64,000 nucleotides of DNA from Curvularia clavata. Its lineage: Eukaryota. Both the position numbers and the translations under genes were made by a program. Positions 1 through 12,895 of this stretch are shown here, piece by piece. The notes beneath the pieces are model-generated. The model saw only the letters and a program-made list of their open reading frames with translations. It did not search any database and was not told where the DNA came from. The stretch lies in NCBI GenBank assembly GCA_023920165.1, contig CP089281.1:1240001-1304000 (forward strand), read 5' to 3'. Every line of letters starts with the position of its first letter. Position 1 is the first letter of the stretch.

Positions 1-1116
1 CCCGCAAAGATGTTTTTCCATCAGTTCGAAGACCACCTGGTTGTGACGGATACGCGAGACACAGTCAACATCTTTGACTACTCAAAGTCAGTCAACCGTA
101 TCAACAGCTTCTCCAATGGCAACCCGCCCGAGTCAAGGATAACAGATGTACGGTTTATCAATGAAGATGACCAGGCACTATTGATGACTGGGTCTTCGGA
201 CGGTGTAATCAAGATCTTCCGCAACTACGATCGCAAAGGAGAGACAGAATTGGTGACTGGGTTCCGCGCCCTGACAGATCTGGTCTCGAGCAACAAGAAC
301 GCTGGACTCGTCTTTGATTGGCAGCAAGGCAGGGGCTTGATCCTGGTTGCCGGCGACGTCAAAGTTATTCGAGTGTGGAATGCCGGGACCGAAGTGTGCA
401 CGAATGTAGGTTATATCTTTTGATTAAACAATCTCATAATGACTGACTTGCGCAGGATCTTCCAGCACGATCCGGTTCTTGCATCACATCCTTGACTTCG
501 GATCAAGTCGAGGGCGATGTCTTTGTCGCTGGCTTCGGTGACGGTGCCATACGCGTGTATGATCAGCGCCAAAAGCCCGCCACTGCTATGGTCAAAGTTT
601 GGAAAGAACACAAGCAGTGGATCACCAATGTGCATCTGCAGCGTGGCGGACAGCGCGAGCTTGTGAGTGGCTGTCGCGGTGGTGAGGTGAAACTATGGGA
701 TATTCGCTGGGACAAGAGCGTGAAGACTATTCAAGCAACATCTGACACTCTGAGGACACTCAGTGTCCATGAGCATGCCCCAGTGTTTGCTACGTAAGTC
801 TCTAACTTTCTCTATGGCAATTTGGTGTACTGACAATCCCAGTGGCACACAGCGACATCGGGTCAAAATCTTCAACATCCATAACGGCCAGCCTGTATCC
901 CACCTCGAGCCCTACTCTGGTTTCCTTCGCGACCGGTCTTCTCCGATCTCTGTCACTGCCTTCCACCCCCATCGTCTTATGATTGCTGCAGCTGCGGCAC
1001 ATGATACTCATGTTAACATTTTCTCGTGTCATGAGCCAAAGAATGCGACAGTCAAAACAGTGAAGCTTTGGGATGGAAGTGCTACTGCGTCGAGCCGATC
1101 ATCTATTCATGGTTAA
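1..1116 (+). CDS. KOG1: TORC1 subunit Raptor (KOG1/Mip1), C-terminal WD40 region; gene starts upstream of window
   Basis: WD40 repeats with Raptor-like text (LLMTGSSDGVIKIFRNY, LVFDWQQGRG, VAGFGDGAIRVYD, AFHPHRLMIA). Introns 406-455 and 794-842 (GT..AG, CTGAC branch points) join three ORFs in frame. Confidence 0.9.
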
Positions 1117-1743
1117 TTGATTTTGCCATTATCATCATGTTTGGTGCTCAGTTAACTTTTTCACACAGCTGGGACCGAGCAATCATGTGGATTATATCAT
1201 TTATGGCGTGTGCAACGGGGCTTCTCAAACATCCATCTTCTTCATTATACCCAGGCATAATTAGTAATACGGTACGCAATGGCACATGCACAACGGTCAG
1301 CTTTTTTCCTGACACTGCAAACGAAGTGATCTTTTAGTGTCTGAGCAAGCGTGGCTTGAGCACCACCAGGGTGGACCAAAATACTGGGACTCTGAAATGA
1401 CTTAGTCCATCACTACTACACTATATGAGTCTACTTGAAATAATTATATTAATAAGAGGTATTTCAAGATACGCGGGAGAGACACAACCAAAGAAAAAAA
1501 AGAAAAATCAATAACATTGTGCTGTGGTAGAGATATAAAGATTTGAACTTGGTGGATTTTCATTGGTTTTGGCGGCGCAGAGTCCCAATATTTTTGTGCC
1601 CCTGGTGAGCACCTATGACGCCGCGGGGATGGCGGGGCTTCGAATCAGTCATGGACGCCCCACTATCGAATTCCAACTCACAACTCGACATCACGCAACC
1701 TTTAGAACGCGATCACTAGACCGGACTATTCGACACAACCGCA

Positions 1744-3534
1744 ATGAGTGACGCACCACCAGCCGGCGGCGAAGCGCCATCCAAGAACGCGCTCAAGAAG
1801 GCACAGAAGGAGAAGGAAAAGGTCAGTATTGTCTCCCGTTTCACGCTGCCTTCACTGACACTGCGCAGGCAGAGAAGAAGGCTGCCGCCAAGGCTCGTGA
1901 ACTCGCTGAGCGCACCAAGAAGGAAGCCGACGACGCTGCCGATGTCTCTGTTGGCTCATATGGCGAGCTCCCTCTCATCGGATCCAAAGACTTCAAGCCT
2001 ACCGGAACCCCACGCACCGACCTCACTGAAATTGCCAGCAATGAGGACAAGGAAATCACATTCCGATGCTGGGTAGAGAACGCCAGAGTTCAATCGGCGA
2101 AGCTTGCTTTTCTGAACCTGCGCCAAAGCCTCAACACCGTTCAGGCGGTTGTGGCAGCCAGTGACAAGCTCAGCAAGCAGATGGTCAAGTTCTGTGGTAA
2201 TGTTAGCACCGAGAGCACCCTCGTTGTAACTGGTCTGGTCAAGCGTGTCAAGGAGCCCATCAAGAGCGCGACCATTTCCGACTTTGAGATTCATGTTCAG
2301 AAGCTGTTCGTCGAGGCCAGTGCCGAGATCCCGCTGCCACTCCAGGTGTCTGATGCCGAGCGACCCATGCCCAGTGAGACCGCGGCAGAGGAGGGTGAAA
2401 AGGAGGCAGAGGGTGACGAGCGCCCACTTGTCAGTCTGAACACAAGGTTGAACAACCGAACGCTTGATCTCAGAGCAAAGATCAACCAATCGATTTTCGT
2501 CATCAAGAGCGGCGTCTGTGCCTTGTTCCAGGAGTTCCTCTCAAAGAAGGGCTTTACGCTGGTCCACACACCAAAGATTCTGTATGTGGTATCAATCTTT
2601 TCATCCCACATGTGCTAATATTGTATAGGGGAGCTGCTTCTGAGGGAGGCGCCAACGTCTTTGAGCTTAAGTACTTCGGTCGTCCCGCCTATCTTGCACA
2701 GTCACCACAATTCTACAAGCAGATGCTGATTGCATCGCGCTTCCAAAAGGTCATGGAGATTGGCCCCGTGTTCCGTGCTGAGAACTCCAACACCGCACGT
2801 CACCTGACCGAGTTCACCGGTCTCGATCTGGAAATGGAGTTCCAAGAGAACTACCATGAAGTCATGGGCGTCCTGGAAGATCTCATGCTCTTCATCTTCA
2901 AGGAGCTCAACGCCCGCTACAGCAAGGAAACTGAGCTCGTCCGAAGCGTCTACCACGTCGAGCCCTTCAAGCTACCTGAATCCGGCAAAGTACCCAGAGT
3001 TCCCTTCCAGGAGGGTATCAAGATGCTCCGTGAAGCCGGCGAGGAACTCGGCGACTACGATGACTTGACGTAAGTCCCATTTTCCCCTCTCTTAAATATA
3101 CATCTAACGATTCTGCCTCTAGAACCCCCCAAGAAAAGCACCTCGGCCGCCTCGTCCTCGAAAAATACGGCACAGACTTCTACACGCTCGACCAATTCCC
3201 GCTCGCCATCCGCCCCGCCTACACCATGCCCTCGCCTACGGATCCAGCCCTCTCAAACTCCTACGACATGTTCATGCGCGGCCAGGAAATTTGCTCTGGA
3301 GCCCAACGTATCCACTCCTCTGCTCTGCTTGCTGAGCAAATGCGCAAGCACGACCCTCCGATTGATCCTACCGGCGCAGGCACAAAGGATTACGTCGATT
3401 GCTTCAAGTATGGCTGCCCGCCGCATGCAGGTGGTGGCTTTGGTCTAGAGAGGATTGTACAATTTTGGCTCGGTCTGCCGAACATCAGGATGTGCAGTCT
3501 GTTCCCGAGGGACCCGCAGAGGAATACGCCGTAA
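1744..3534 (+). CDS. DPS1: Cytoplasmic aspartyl-tRNA synthetase
   Basis: N-terminal [10 protein letters not shown] helix, OB fold, [19 protein letters not shown], class II motif 2 ([18 protein letters not shown]), motif 3 ([13 protein letters not shown]). Introns 1822-1868, 2582-2628, 3070-3122. Confidence 0.95.
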
Positions 3535-4324
3535 GTGTGTAGTTAAGGGCTTGTTTGGTGTAGTTCCAACATGCCGTGTTTCCGTCTGAGGACTACAAAA
3601 AAGCCCTCAGATAAATGGCTTCATCATGCCAACGTAGTTGTATGCAGTCTCTGTAGCAAGAGAAAGACAAGACAAAGACAAAATAGTTCAAATAATCTAG
3701 ACCTTTCCGTCAACAACTCTGGGTTGTGTTCTGTGCAAAATGCGAACTTGGAACATCACATGAAAGAAACAAAAACAGAAATATTTGATAATGTTGCAAT
3801 GCATAGGATTCTCCTTTTCAATCCCGCTCTTGAAGCGTGTCAATTCGCCTGCCTCTGTTCATATACGACTAGCTAGGAAATACTGTTGCAGATACAAATA
3901 GCCATCTCAGGTATTTCTAGTCTAACTACTAGGATTTCTCCTTGAGCACACTTGTCCAGCTAGGGCTCGGTATAAGCTTAGAAGGATGAGCTCTCAATGA
4001 CCAACCTTCCGTGTTGAATTATCCTACAGGCTGGGGAGCCAATAGGATTCCTGAATATGAAAGATTTGGGACCGGTTCAGAGGGAAGAAGTAATGGGAGG
4101 TCGCTCTCATTCCCTCGGTTTGGCGTGTGTATCGCGTGGAGCATATCTTGAGGTGTAATTTCCTCTCTCCCCCATCCTTCGCCCCTGTCTTTTGCTTTAA
4201 CGATATCACTCTGGCGCCAGAATCCTGCCCGACATAGATGGGCTGCGCAGGTGCTCTTCACCACGCAAAAAGAGCATTCGCCCTTCCATCCTCAAAATTA
4301 TCCCACACAGCACTCACTCTTCCC

Positions 4325-5108
4325 CTACGAACAAAGCTTCAGCGTCGCCGCTGCAAGCTTCTTCTGCCCCTCTTCGCCCAATGCCTTCTCATCCACCTCC
4401 TGTATCGCCTGCCCAATCGCCAACGTCGCCTTGACACTCCCCGCATCCACATGCACGATCCCATTCCTCCCCACCGTAACCTCGAACCCAATCTTCGCGC
4501 CCAGCGTCTGTAGGAGCATAATCCCTCCCTTAGCCGCGAGCATCCTTCGCGCCATGCTCAGACTGACTTTAAACACCATGCCGCCTTTTAGCAGACCGAG
4601 GCCCTCGCTCTTGCCGGTCGAGGGGTCCACGCAGGTGAGTTCGGAGGGGAGGTCTTTTCCGGCACTGGCGACGCGGCAGTAGACAAGGGAATTGGGAGGG
4701 AGCTGGGGTCGCGTCTTCTTTGTGGCGCCTTCGAAGGCGAGGTGTGGGAGTGTGGCAGTGGGGGTGTTGGGGGTTAGTAGGCACGTGAAGTTCTCGGCGG
4801 CGGAGCCGTTGATGGTGGCTATGACGAGGTCGCCGGTGAATGGGAGGTACTGTCGCGATGCGCGTTAGCTAGTTGAACGCAGAGAGAGAAGTTTTTATTC
4901 GTACCCTTCCGCTGTTGTACTCGACTGAGGCAGCATTCTTCTTGTTGTCTGTGACTAGAGCGCCTGCGATTGTAGCGGTAATGGTATCTGGGGGAATGTG
5001 TCGCAGACCCGGTCCAATGGTCAGAGTCTTTTTCTTGCCAGTGCCCGTGGGCAAGGCGCTCTTTGCGATTTCATCGCCTGGAAGCACGATGGTGGGCGAC
5101 ACGGCCAT
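4325..5108 (-). CDS. RRP40: Exosome cap subunit Rrp40 (S1/KH)
   Basis: IVLPGD, IGPGL, YLPFTGDLVIATI, LAFEGATKKTRP, PELTCVDPSTGKSEGLGLL, FEVTVGRNGIVHV. Intron 4850-4904. Confidence 0.93.
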
Positions 5109-5411
5109 TATTGCTGGATTGAGGAGCTGGAGGTCGGCTGTATGTTGTGGAAGTAACTTTTGGTAGTGAGCTCATTCCGAAGTGAGCCCGTGCGCTTCCG
5201 AGAAAAATGCACCTCCGTACCTTTCGCCGGACTCTCAGAATTTCTTAGCCGCAGAAAGAAATCCACTACACGCGCCGCTGCGACTTTACAACAACACTAC
5301 CCGGACACATTTCGTCCTTTGTCGCTTTTTCTGAATTGGCAACGACCTGCCTATTTTTGAGATTACCTTGTCTTTCTTTTTCGACAACGCAAAACTTGTC
5401 CCCCGCGCAAG

Positions 5412-7289
5412 ATGAGTGCGCAAGCAGACCCCGCGCAGCGGGTTGCGATAGGAATCTCCTTTGGCAACTCGTACAGCTCCATTGCTTTTACCACTGGTGT
5501 AAGCATTCCATAATGGTTGAAGCAATTCATCAAACACCGCTCACACAACACAGGAGGGCAAAGCAGAGGTTATTGCCAACGAAGACGGAGGTACGCCGCT
5601 TGATGCACGCCCACATTCTCGCCAACGCTAATCTTTCCACAAGACCGTCAAATCCCCACCGCCCTGTCCTACGTCGAAGGAGAAGAACTCCACGGTGGCC
5701 AGGCTAAGCCCCAGATTGTTCGCAATGCGAAGAACACCGTCGCATACTTCCGCGATTTCCTCGGCCAAGAGTAGGCACCTTGTCCCTCTGTGCTGTGTTC
5801 AGATGAAACTGACGCATATTCAAGTTACAAGTCGGTAGACCCCTCGCCATGCCACCAGTCGGCACACCCCATCGAGCACGAGAACAGCGTGGCATTTAGC
5901 ATTCGCGATGGCACTGAGGAGCAAGAAAACACCATTTCCATTGTCGATATCACCACGCGCCACTTGAAGAGACTACGCACCTCTGCCTCCGACTATCTCG
6001 GAAAGGACGTCAACGCTGCCGTCATCACTGTTCCCACAAACTTCTCCGAGGCTCAGAAGGAGGCACTCAAGAAGGCCGCAGCAAGCGCCGGTATCGAGGT
6101 CCTGCAGTTCATCAGCGAGCCCACCGCTGCTGTCCTGGCCTACGATGCTCGCCCCGGTGCGCAGCTGGCTGACAAGGTCATTGTTGTCGCTGACCTGGGT
6201 GGCACTCGTTCCGACGTTGCTGTTGTCGCATCCCGTGGCGGCATCTACACCATCCTGGCAACCGTACACGACTACGAAGTCAGTGGCTTCAAGCTTGACC
6301 AGGTCCTCATGGATCACTTTGCCAAGGAATTCATGAAGAAGCACAAGTCCGCAGGCGACCCACGGGAAAATGACCGATCGCTGGCTAAGCTCAAGCTCGA
6401 ATGCGAGGCTGTCAAGAAGGCTCTTTCCATTGGTACCACAGCAAACTTCTCTGTCGAGAGCTTAGTAGGTGGCGTCGACTACACTGCGACCATCAACCGC
6501 ACCCGGTACGACCTCCTTGGCAACAAGCTCTTTGCTGCTTTTGCCCGTCTCGTTACCCACGCTGTTGAGAAGGCCAACTTGGATCCCCTCGATGTTTCCG
6601 AGATTGTGTTGGCTGGTGGAAACTCGCACACACCAAAGGTCGCCTCCACTGTAGGCGCAGCCTTCCCCGAAACTACTGTTGTCCTGGCTCCCTCCACCTC
6701 CCCGACCGCCATTAACCCCTCAGAATTGGCCGTCCGTGGCGCTGCCATCCAGGCCAGCCTTATCCAGGAGTTCGAGACCGAGGACATCGAGCAGAGCACA
6801 CACCCCATGGTCACTGTTACCCCTCACCTGTCTACCGCAGTCGGTGTACTGTGCATCTCGGGTGATGAGTCTTCGGGAGTCTTCCACCCCATTGTCGACG
6901 CAGAGACACCACTGCCCGTTCGACGAACCGCGACCATCTCCACCCCACGTGAGGGTGGTGACGTTCTTATCAAGCTTGCTGAGGGCTCAAGGCACATCAA
7001 GGTCACCAAGCCCGAGCCTAAGCCCAAGGCTGAGAAGCAGGAGGATGACGAGGAGGACAGCGATGAGGACGAGAGCGACGAGGAGGAGGAGGAGCTGAGG
7101 GAAAAGACATGGAAGGTTGGCCAGGCGCTTAGCGAGGCTGCCCTCCGTGGCGTCAAGAAGGGCTCGAAGGTCGAGGTGCAGATCAACATTGGCGCCGACC
7201 TGAGCATAAACGCCATCTTCCGCGAGGTCGGAGGAAAGGGCGGTGTCCGTGGTACCGTCCAAGGACGCAAGGTAAATGGTACCGCATAG
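5412..7289 (+). CDS. SSZ1: Atypical Hsp70 of the ribosome-associated complex
   Basis: Starts MSAQADPAQRVAIGISFGNSYSSIAF; VIANEDGDRQIP; VVADLGGTRSD; short substrate-binding domain with acidic tract and no lid or EEVD. Three 5' introns (about 5499-5554, 5591-5644, 5771-5824). Confidence 0.92.
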
Positions 7290-7583
7290 ATGGAGCGGTA
7301 ACTCCTAACGATTCATGGTCAACCTCTCGAGCGGCAATATAACATAAAACGGACATGTAGGGCCTCAGCCACCTCCCTCAGCTTGCTTGTTGTCTCTCTA
7401 TTTTCTTCTGTTCTGGTTTACAGATGTCAGCAAAAGAAAAAATTAGCTTTTTATATAGACTTGGCTTTGAGTTGTTGAATACGACGGATGAATGACTTAG
7501 ACACAAGAGAACGAGACAAACAAAAAGTGTCCAAGTTCCTTCCACCCTTATTCCCAATCAATTTCCTTTGTTTTTTCCCCCAA

Positions 7584-9133
7584 TCATCGATTCTTCAGCA
7601 CGCGAAACTTTGGTCGCATCTTTCTACCCAGACTCGTCTGATGAATCCACGCCTCATACTCCATGTGCCTCGTGGTGCCTATCAGCTTGTAAATATCAGT
7701 ATAATGCCATCGTCCTTCAGTCCAATTCTCTTTATCCAACTCCTCAACAAGCAGGTATTGGAGCGCATCCAGCTCTTCGCTGTGCTCTTTATCCCACTCT
7801 GTGCTCGCTCCGATGCTCAAGTAGCGCAGGCGGCCGAGATACCGCTCATCGAGTAGCGTGTACAAATCTGTCGGGGTAAAGTTGCGTGCGGGGTCGCCCT
7901 GGCGGCCGCTGGAGACAATGGTTAAGCTGGTGAGTGGCTTGGCTTCTTGCCAGCGCTCGGGTGAGAAATCCAGAGGCATGTAGCCGAAGCGCGAGTCGAT
8001 GTAGTCGAGGGCGATGGTGAGGGAAAGGAGGTTTGGGAGCCAGTCCAGTACGCCGTTTAGACGGCCATGTTTCACAGAGGGGAGGTCGCGTAGTTCAACG
8101 TTTGTGAGATTGGGGGAGAGTGTGGAAAGCAGGGGCTTTATGCCTTGTTGGTCGAGCGAGGGGCAGTGGTGGATACTCAATGAGGAAAAGGTTGGTGGAA
8201 AGTTGCCAGGTTGTTGGAGCATGTCCCAGAGGAATTGGCCCGAGACAGAACCGGAAAGAGTAAGGTGCTGCAGTTTTGGTGGCCAGCGCAGGATTGCGCC
8301 CGGGGAGGCGTTTTTATCGTATCGAGAGGAGCAGCGGGGGAGATAGAGTTCGCGAAGCTGAGGGAGTTGGCGGATGGTTTGGTTGAGTGACTGGAAGTCT
8401 ATGCATTCTGAGACTCTGCCATAGCTACAGTGTTAGTCGGGAATTTAGTCTTTGTCTGTGACGGACATCATGGAGATTGTAGTAGGAGAATGCGGTAGGA
8501 CTCACAGGCTCAGGTCCAGGACGCGCAATCGAGAGCATTTGCTCAGACTTGCCCAGCAATTTATGGCAAAGCTGGCTTGGGGTGCTACAAAAACTTCCAA
8601 AGAGGGCTTGGTGCGTCCAAGTAATCTGGCTGTTGTGGACTTTGCGCCTTGGTGAACAATGTGGGATAAATCAAGCTCTTTGACTAAACCTGATAATGGT
8701 GATGGCTTCCTTCTTGTCAGTTCTTGTCCTTTTTGATTGGCAGAAGACCAGAAGATCTTGAAGGACAGTGTACCTTAATGCGTGCGTTGACAGACGGGCT
8801 TATCGTGCGAACGAATAAATAATATGCGCCTCCCTCTAAGTATGGTGCTTCATAGAGCGGTCCTATCGCTACCTGATAGGATGAACATTATGATAAGCGA
8901 AATGCTCGAGAATAATTCAGATGCAGTTGTGACATACATCGTACCATTGCCTAGAATGTCAGCTTACGTTGAAAACACATCCTCTAAGCCATGCCGTACC
9001 TATTCACGGCGGAGAAGCGGGCCAATGTTATTTGCCGCTCGAGTCTGCCCCACGCCTCAAAATGACCCAGGATCTCGAGTAGCAGTTCATCTGGCAAGTA
9101 GTTTCCATAGTCCCTGGCCCCAACTACACTCAT
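7584..9133 (-). CDS. F-box / leucine-rich-repeat protein
   Basis: Spliced by hand: MSVVGARDYGNYLPDELLLEILGHF (F-box), a short QWYD exon, VAIGPLYEAP, LVKELDLSHIVHQ, CSRLRVLDLSL, and LRR-like LxxLxL repeats in the last exon. Four introns between about 8420 and 9000. Confidence 0.8.
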
Positions 9134-10090
9134 AGCTTCTTGAGCTGGCTGTTATATGCGGTTGAAACTATCGTGTAATCGATGTTGCTGCTTAGAGGGC
9201 GCAGGCGCAAAGGTGTGGTTGAAATGACGCACTAGTGAGTTCGCGCTTATCTCCTTGCTAAACCCGAGGTGGAGCAAACGCGATCGTGCGCCACCACGCT
9301 AGGCTTAAGCACGCGCCGTTGCACAGTGAATCACGCCTCGAAGCTGGCCCGATGTGCACTGAACCGGACAATCTGCATTTCAAAAGCAATATAGCGAAGA
9401 AAACTTTTGGAGCACGCACACACATTAAGGATATGCACACCACCGAGGGATGGGACTTTTATGCTCGGACTATCGATTTGACCGGCTCGGTTGGATAACA
9501 TTTATGCATATCGCCAGATACATATGTTCAGGGTGGTTGCAGCGGACTTCGAAGCGGAAAACTAGCTATATACCATCTACGTAGGGCATTGAAAGACCGT
9601 GTAATGGGGTAGCCCTTCACGCTGACCTGCTACTATGTACGGACTATATCATGTCATGCCCCTTGAGCGCATGACATGATCCCTGTCTTCAACACCATTA
9701 CCGCAATGGTTGCATCGGTCCTTTTTCGCTGTCGTTCGTCTGACCCTGACATTTTCGCGGCTTTGCTTTTCAGCAAGCATCAGCAAGGCCTGAACGGCTC
9801 CGCAGCTTACGTAGGGCCGTCGCGAATCGATGGTGCATGATACACAGCCCACAGGTTGTTTCTGCTCCCTCATTGGATTCCCGCCCATAATAGCGTACTT
9901 ATCGAACGGCAGCTAGTGTGGGGTTCCCGGTATTTGATTGTTCTGTCCTACCCTTGCAGATCCCATATAAGGTTCACCGGCTGTGACATTCCATGATCCC
10001 TTATTTTACCATATATTTCCGGGTCGGACGTCTTCTGTAGATAAGTAGAGGCATCCTCCCCTTTTCTTCGAATCCGTGGTCCTAGCCATC

Positions 10091-11363
10091 ATGAAGACGC
10101 CCCTCGCCACGTTAGCGATATTGGGATCAGCGGCTGCTGAACGCCTCCTCCTGGCATCTTACGGTGTCGACACAACCCCAGGAACTGTTGCCACCCTTGA
10201 ACTCCAACATAGCGCGAGTTACGGTCACGGCCGCAAGCTAGAAGTTATCCATGAGAGTCACGAATGCGGTGCCCTCCCTACATGGCTCGACACATCTCTC
10301 GGTCCGAATACGGTAGTCTGTCTGGATGAAGCATCCAAAAATGCCAACATAACGACATTCAATCTCGAGGCCGATGGTAGCCTGAAGAAAACATCCAGCG
10401 TGGGTACGCTGGGTGCCGCTGTGGCTTCTGCGACGTATAACAGCAAATCGGCTATAGCGCTTGCTCATGTACGCACCTCCACGGCTTCGCTCGTGCTCAC
10501 ATACTAATATCGTGTCAATAGTATGAGCCCCCTGCAATCACAACGTATACAGTCCACCACAACGGATTACTTCAATCTCTGCAGAACTTCACTTTTGGAA
10601 GCCCTGAGCAAATCCACCAAGCAGTCGTTGATCCCACAGGCCAATACATCATCTTCCCCAGCCTGGGCGCCGATCGCGTCCATGTCTATTGCATCGATCC
10701 ATCCACCGGTCTACTAACCGAACACGAGTCCCTAAAATCCAAAACAGGATACGGTCCTCGCCATGCCGTCTTCTGGACCAGCAAAGAATCAGCCTCTACT
10801 TACCTCTTCCTAGTCCACGAGCTTAGCAATAAGATCGTGAGCTACAAAGTCAACTACCTCGAGCACCTTGGCGGGTTGAAATTCACAGAAGTAGACGAAG
10901 TAAGCACGTATGGCAACCACACTGTTCCAGACAAGACGTTTGCCTCGGAAATCGTCATCTCGCCATGCAATTCGTTTGTACTTGCTGCAAACCGCAATGG
11001 CACGGTTTTCACGGTTGAGAACCCGGACCCGAAGAATAGTACGAGGGTGCCGAGCGACTCGATTGCGACGTTTAAGCCTACGGCCGAGGGCAAGCTGAAG
11101 TTTGTCCAGCTGGCAAAGTCAGGTGGATATTATCCGAGGCACTTCAATTTGAACAAGGATGGGTCTATGATTGCGATTGCGAATCAACGTAGTTATAACG
11201 TGGCTATATATTCACGTGACGTGAAGACTGGACTTATCAAGGATGATGTGCCAGTAGCTGGGGCTGCAGGTCTCGGGCCGGGGGATCTGATGTAAGTTTG
11301 GTCACTTTCGACATATACGAACTCATCGCTAAAACAAAATCTAGGTATATCCAATGGGTATAG
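10091..11363 (+). CDS. Secreted 7-bladed beta-propeller lactonase (6-phosphogluconolactonase / carboxymuconate cyclase family)
   Basis: Signal peptide MKTPLATLAILGSAAA; HQAVVDPTGQY, GYGPRHAVF, VHELSN, SGGYYPRHFNLNKDG. Introns about 10469-10521 and 11292-11344. Confidence 0.88.
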
Positions 11364-11447
11364 GAATAGACCCACAGAGTTGGTATTCAAATCTATAGAG
11401 TTTAGCTACACCATAGAGCCATCTAGTAAATCTAGAGGATGATTTAT

Positions 11448-12731
11448 TCAAGGCATCTGTGTTCCTTGTTCCTGCTCAATAGCCCATGATACGGCATCCC
11501 ATACGTCACCCACAATCTTACGTGGCTCCGGTGACGGCTTTGTGCCTTTGACGTAAACACCCGTCTCGACTAATATACTGGCCCAGTCGGTGCCATACGG
11601 ACTCTTGTAGTTGTTGCCGCCAGCAATGTCACTGGCGGGGTTGTCACCGACCATGTACACCCGTTTGAGATGGTCAAGAGTGCCACCGCCACCATACTGT
11701 TTCATCAGCTGGTTGCGATGTGCTATGAGCCGCTTTTCGGCAAACTCATAGGTAGGTTGGTGTGGCTTCCCCATGACAACCTTTTGCAACTTGACGCCAC
11801 GTGCCTCGCCGCCAGTGATTGCCGCCCAAATGCCTTCAAAAGCTTCACGGAAACCTCCTTGGCCTAGGCGCGGAAGGTGGTATTTCGCTGCCCAGAGCAA
11901 GTCTGGGTTGGAGTAGTAGACCGTAGGTTGTCCGTCTTGTTGATAACCGCGATTCTCTAAAGCATCGTTGCCGTTCTTCTTGGATAGGGTTCCCATGATA
12001 CCCTTTTCGGATAGCAATACGTCTTTCAAGATTTGCGCATCCAGCCCCCAGTCACGCGGGTCGTTGTAGACAAACACGGCATCAATGCGGAGCGATGTTG
12101 ATGGTGAAGATGCGTCGATAGGGGCGGGTAGAGGACGGGTAAAGGTCTTGTAGTATGGGAGCAATTGCTGTGAAAACGGCCAAACTTCCGGATGAGCGAC
12201 GAGAATGTCGCCTGGAGTGACCACAGTCTTGAAGCTGTGCATATTTGTTAGAATATATAGCCATATGAAAGTGCGCCTCAACATACCCATATGCCTCGGC
12301 GACTTTCCTACACTTGTCCGCCTCCCCACCAACCACCATGACCGTCTTATCCTTGAGATGGTCCATGTCGGCAAACGGAGTGTGACTCTGAACAAACATG
12401 GACATGTCAAGAGGAACATTGAGCCTGCTGCTCAGGTCGGCGACGCGCTCCGATTCGTGTTTCCCGCCGCCATTGGTGAGCAGAATAAACGGAATGCGCT
12501 GCGACTGGAGATAGGAAAGGGTCTGATGGGCGCGAGGCAAGGGGTCAGCACTCCTAAGGAGCACTCCGTCGATACTGACAGCCGTCAGTGGCCGTGTTGT
12601 GAGTCGATGGCGGAGCTGCCTTACTCGAAAGCGAACGCAAAGTCGGATGCGCGTGCGTTGGGGGCAGCAGCCGTCTGGAGAAAACGACGGAGCGGATAAT
12701 GGCACCCGCTCCGAGCTAATGGCCTCGCCAT
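11448..12731 (-). CDS. HAD-superfamily IIA hydrolase, CECR5/YKR070W-like, probably mitochondrial
   Basis: Arg-rich presequence, FAFDIDGVL (motif I, across intron 12575-12624), LLTNGGG, DPRDWG, GKP, MVGDNPASDIAG. Second intron 12235-12286. Confidence 0.9.
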
Positions 12732-12895
12732 ACGCATCACGGTTGCACCAACCATGTTCTTGATGTCGTGTGAGGTTGAAGGTCTGGGGCACGCTTGTGG
12801 AGCACGGTATGGCATCCCGTAGACCCCCACTTTTTTCGGAGCGGTTCATGCATCCATCCTTGGCCAACTTCGTCCAGTCACTGTGACGACCACTG

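Noticed and set aside
3867..3922. Imperfect hairpin between DPS1 and RRP40 (similar one at 1434-1468)
   Set aside because: Short, AT-rich, single copy and no target-site duplication; not enough to call a MITE or ncRNA.
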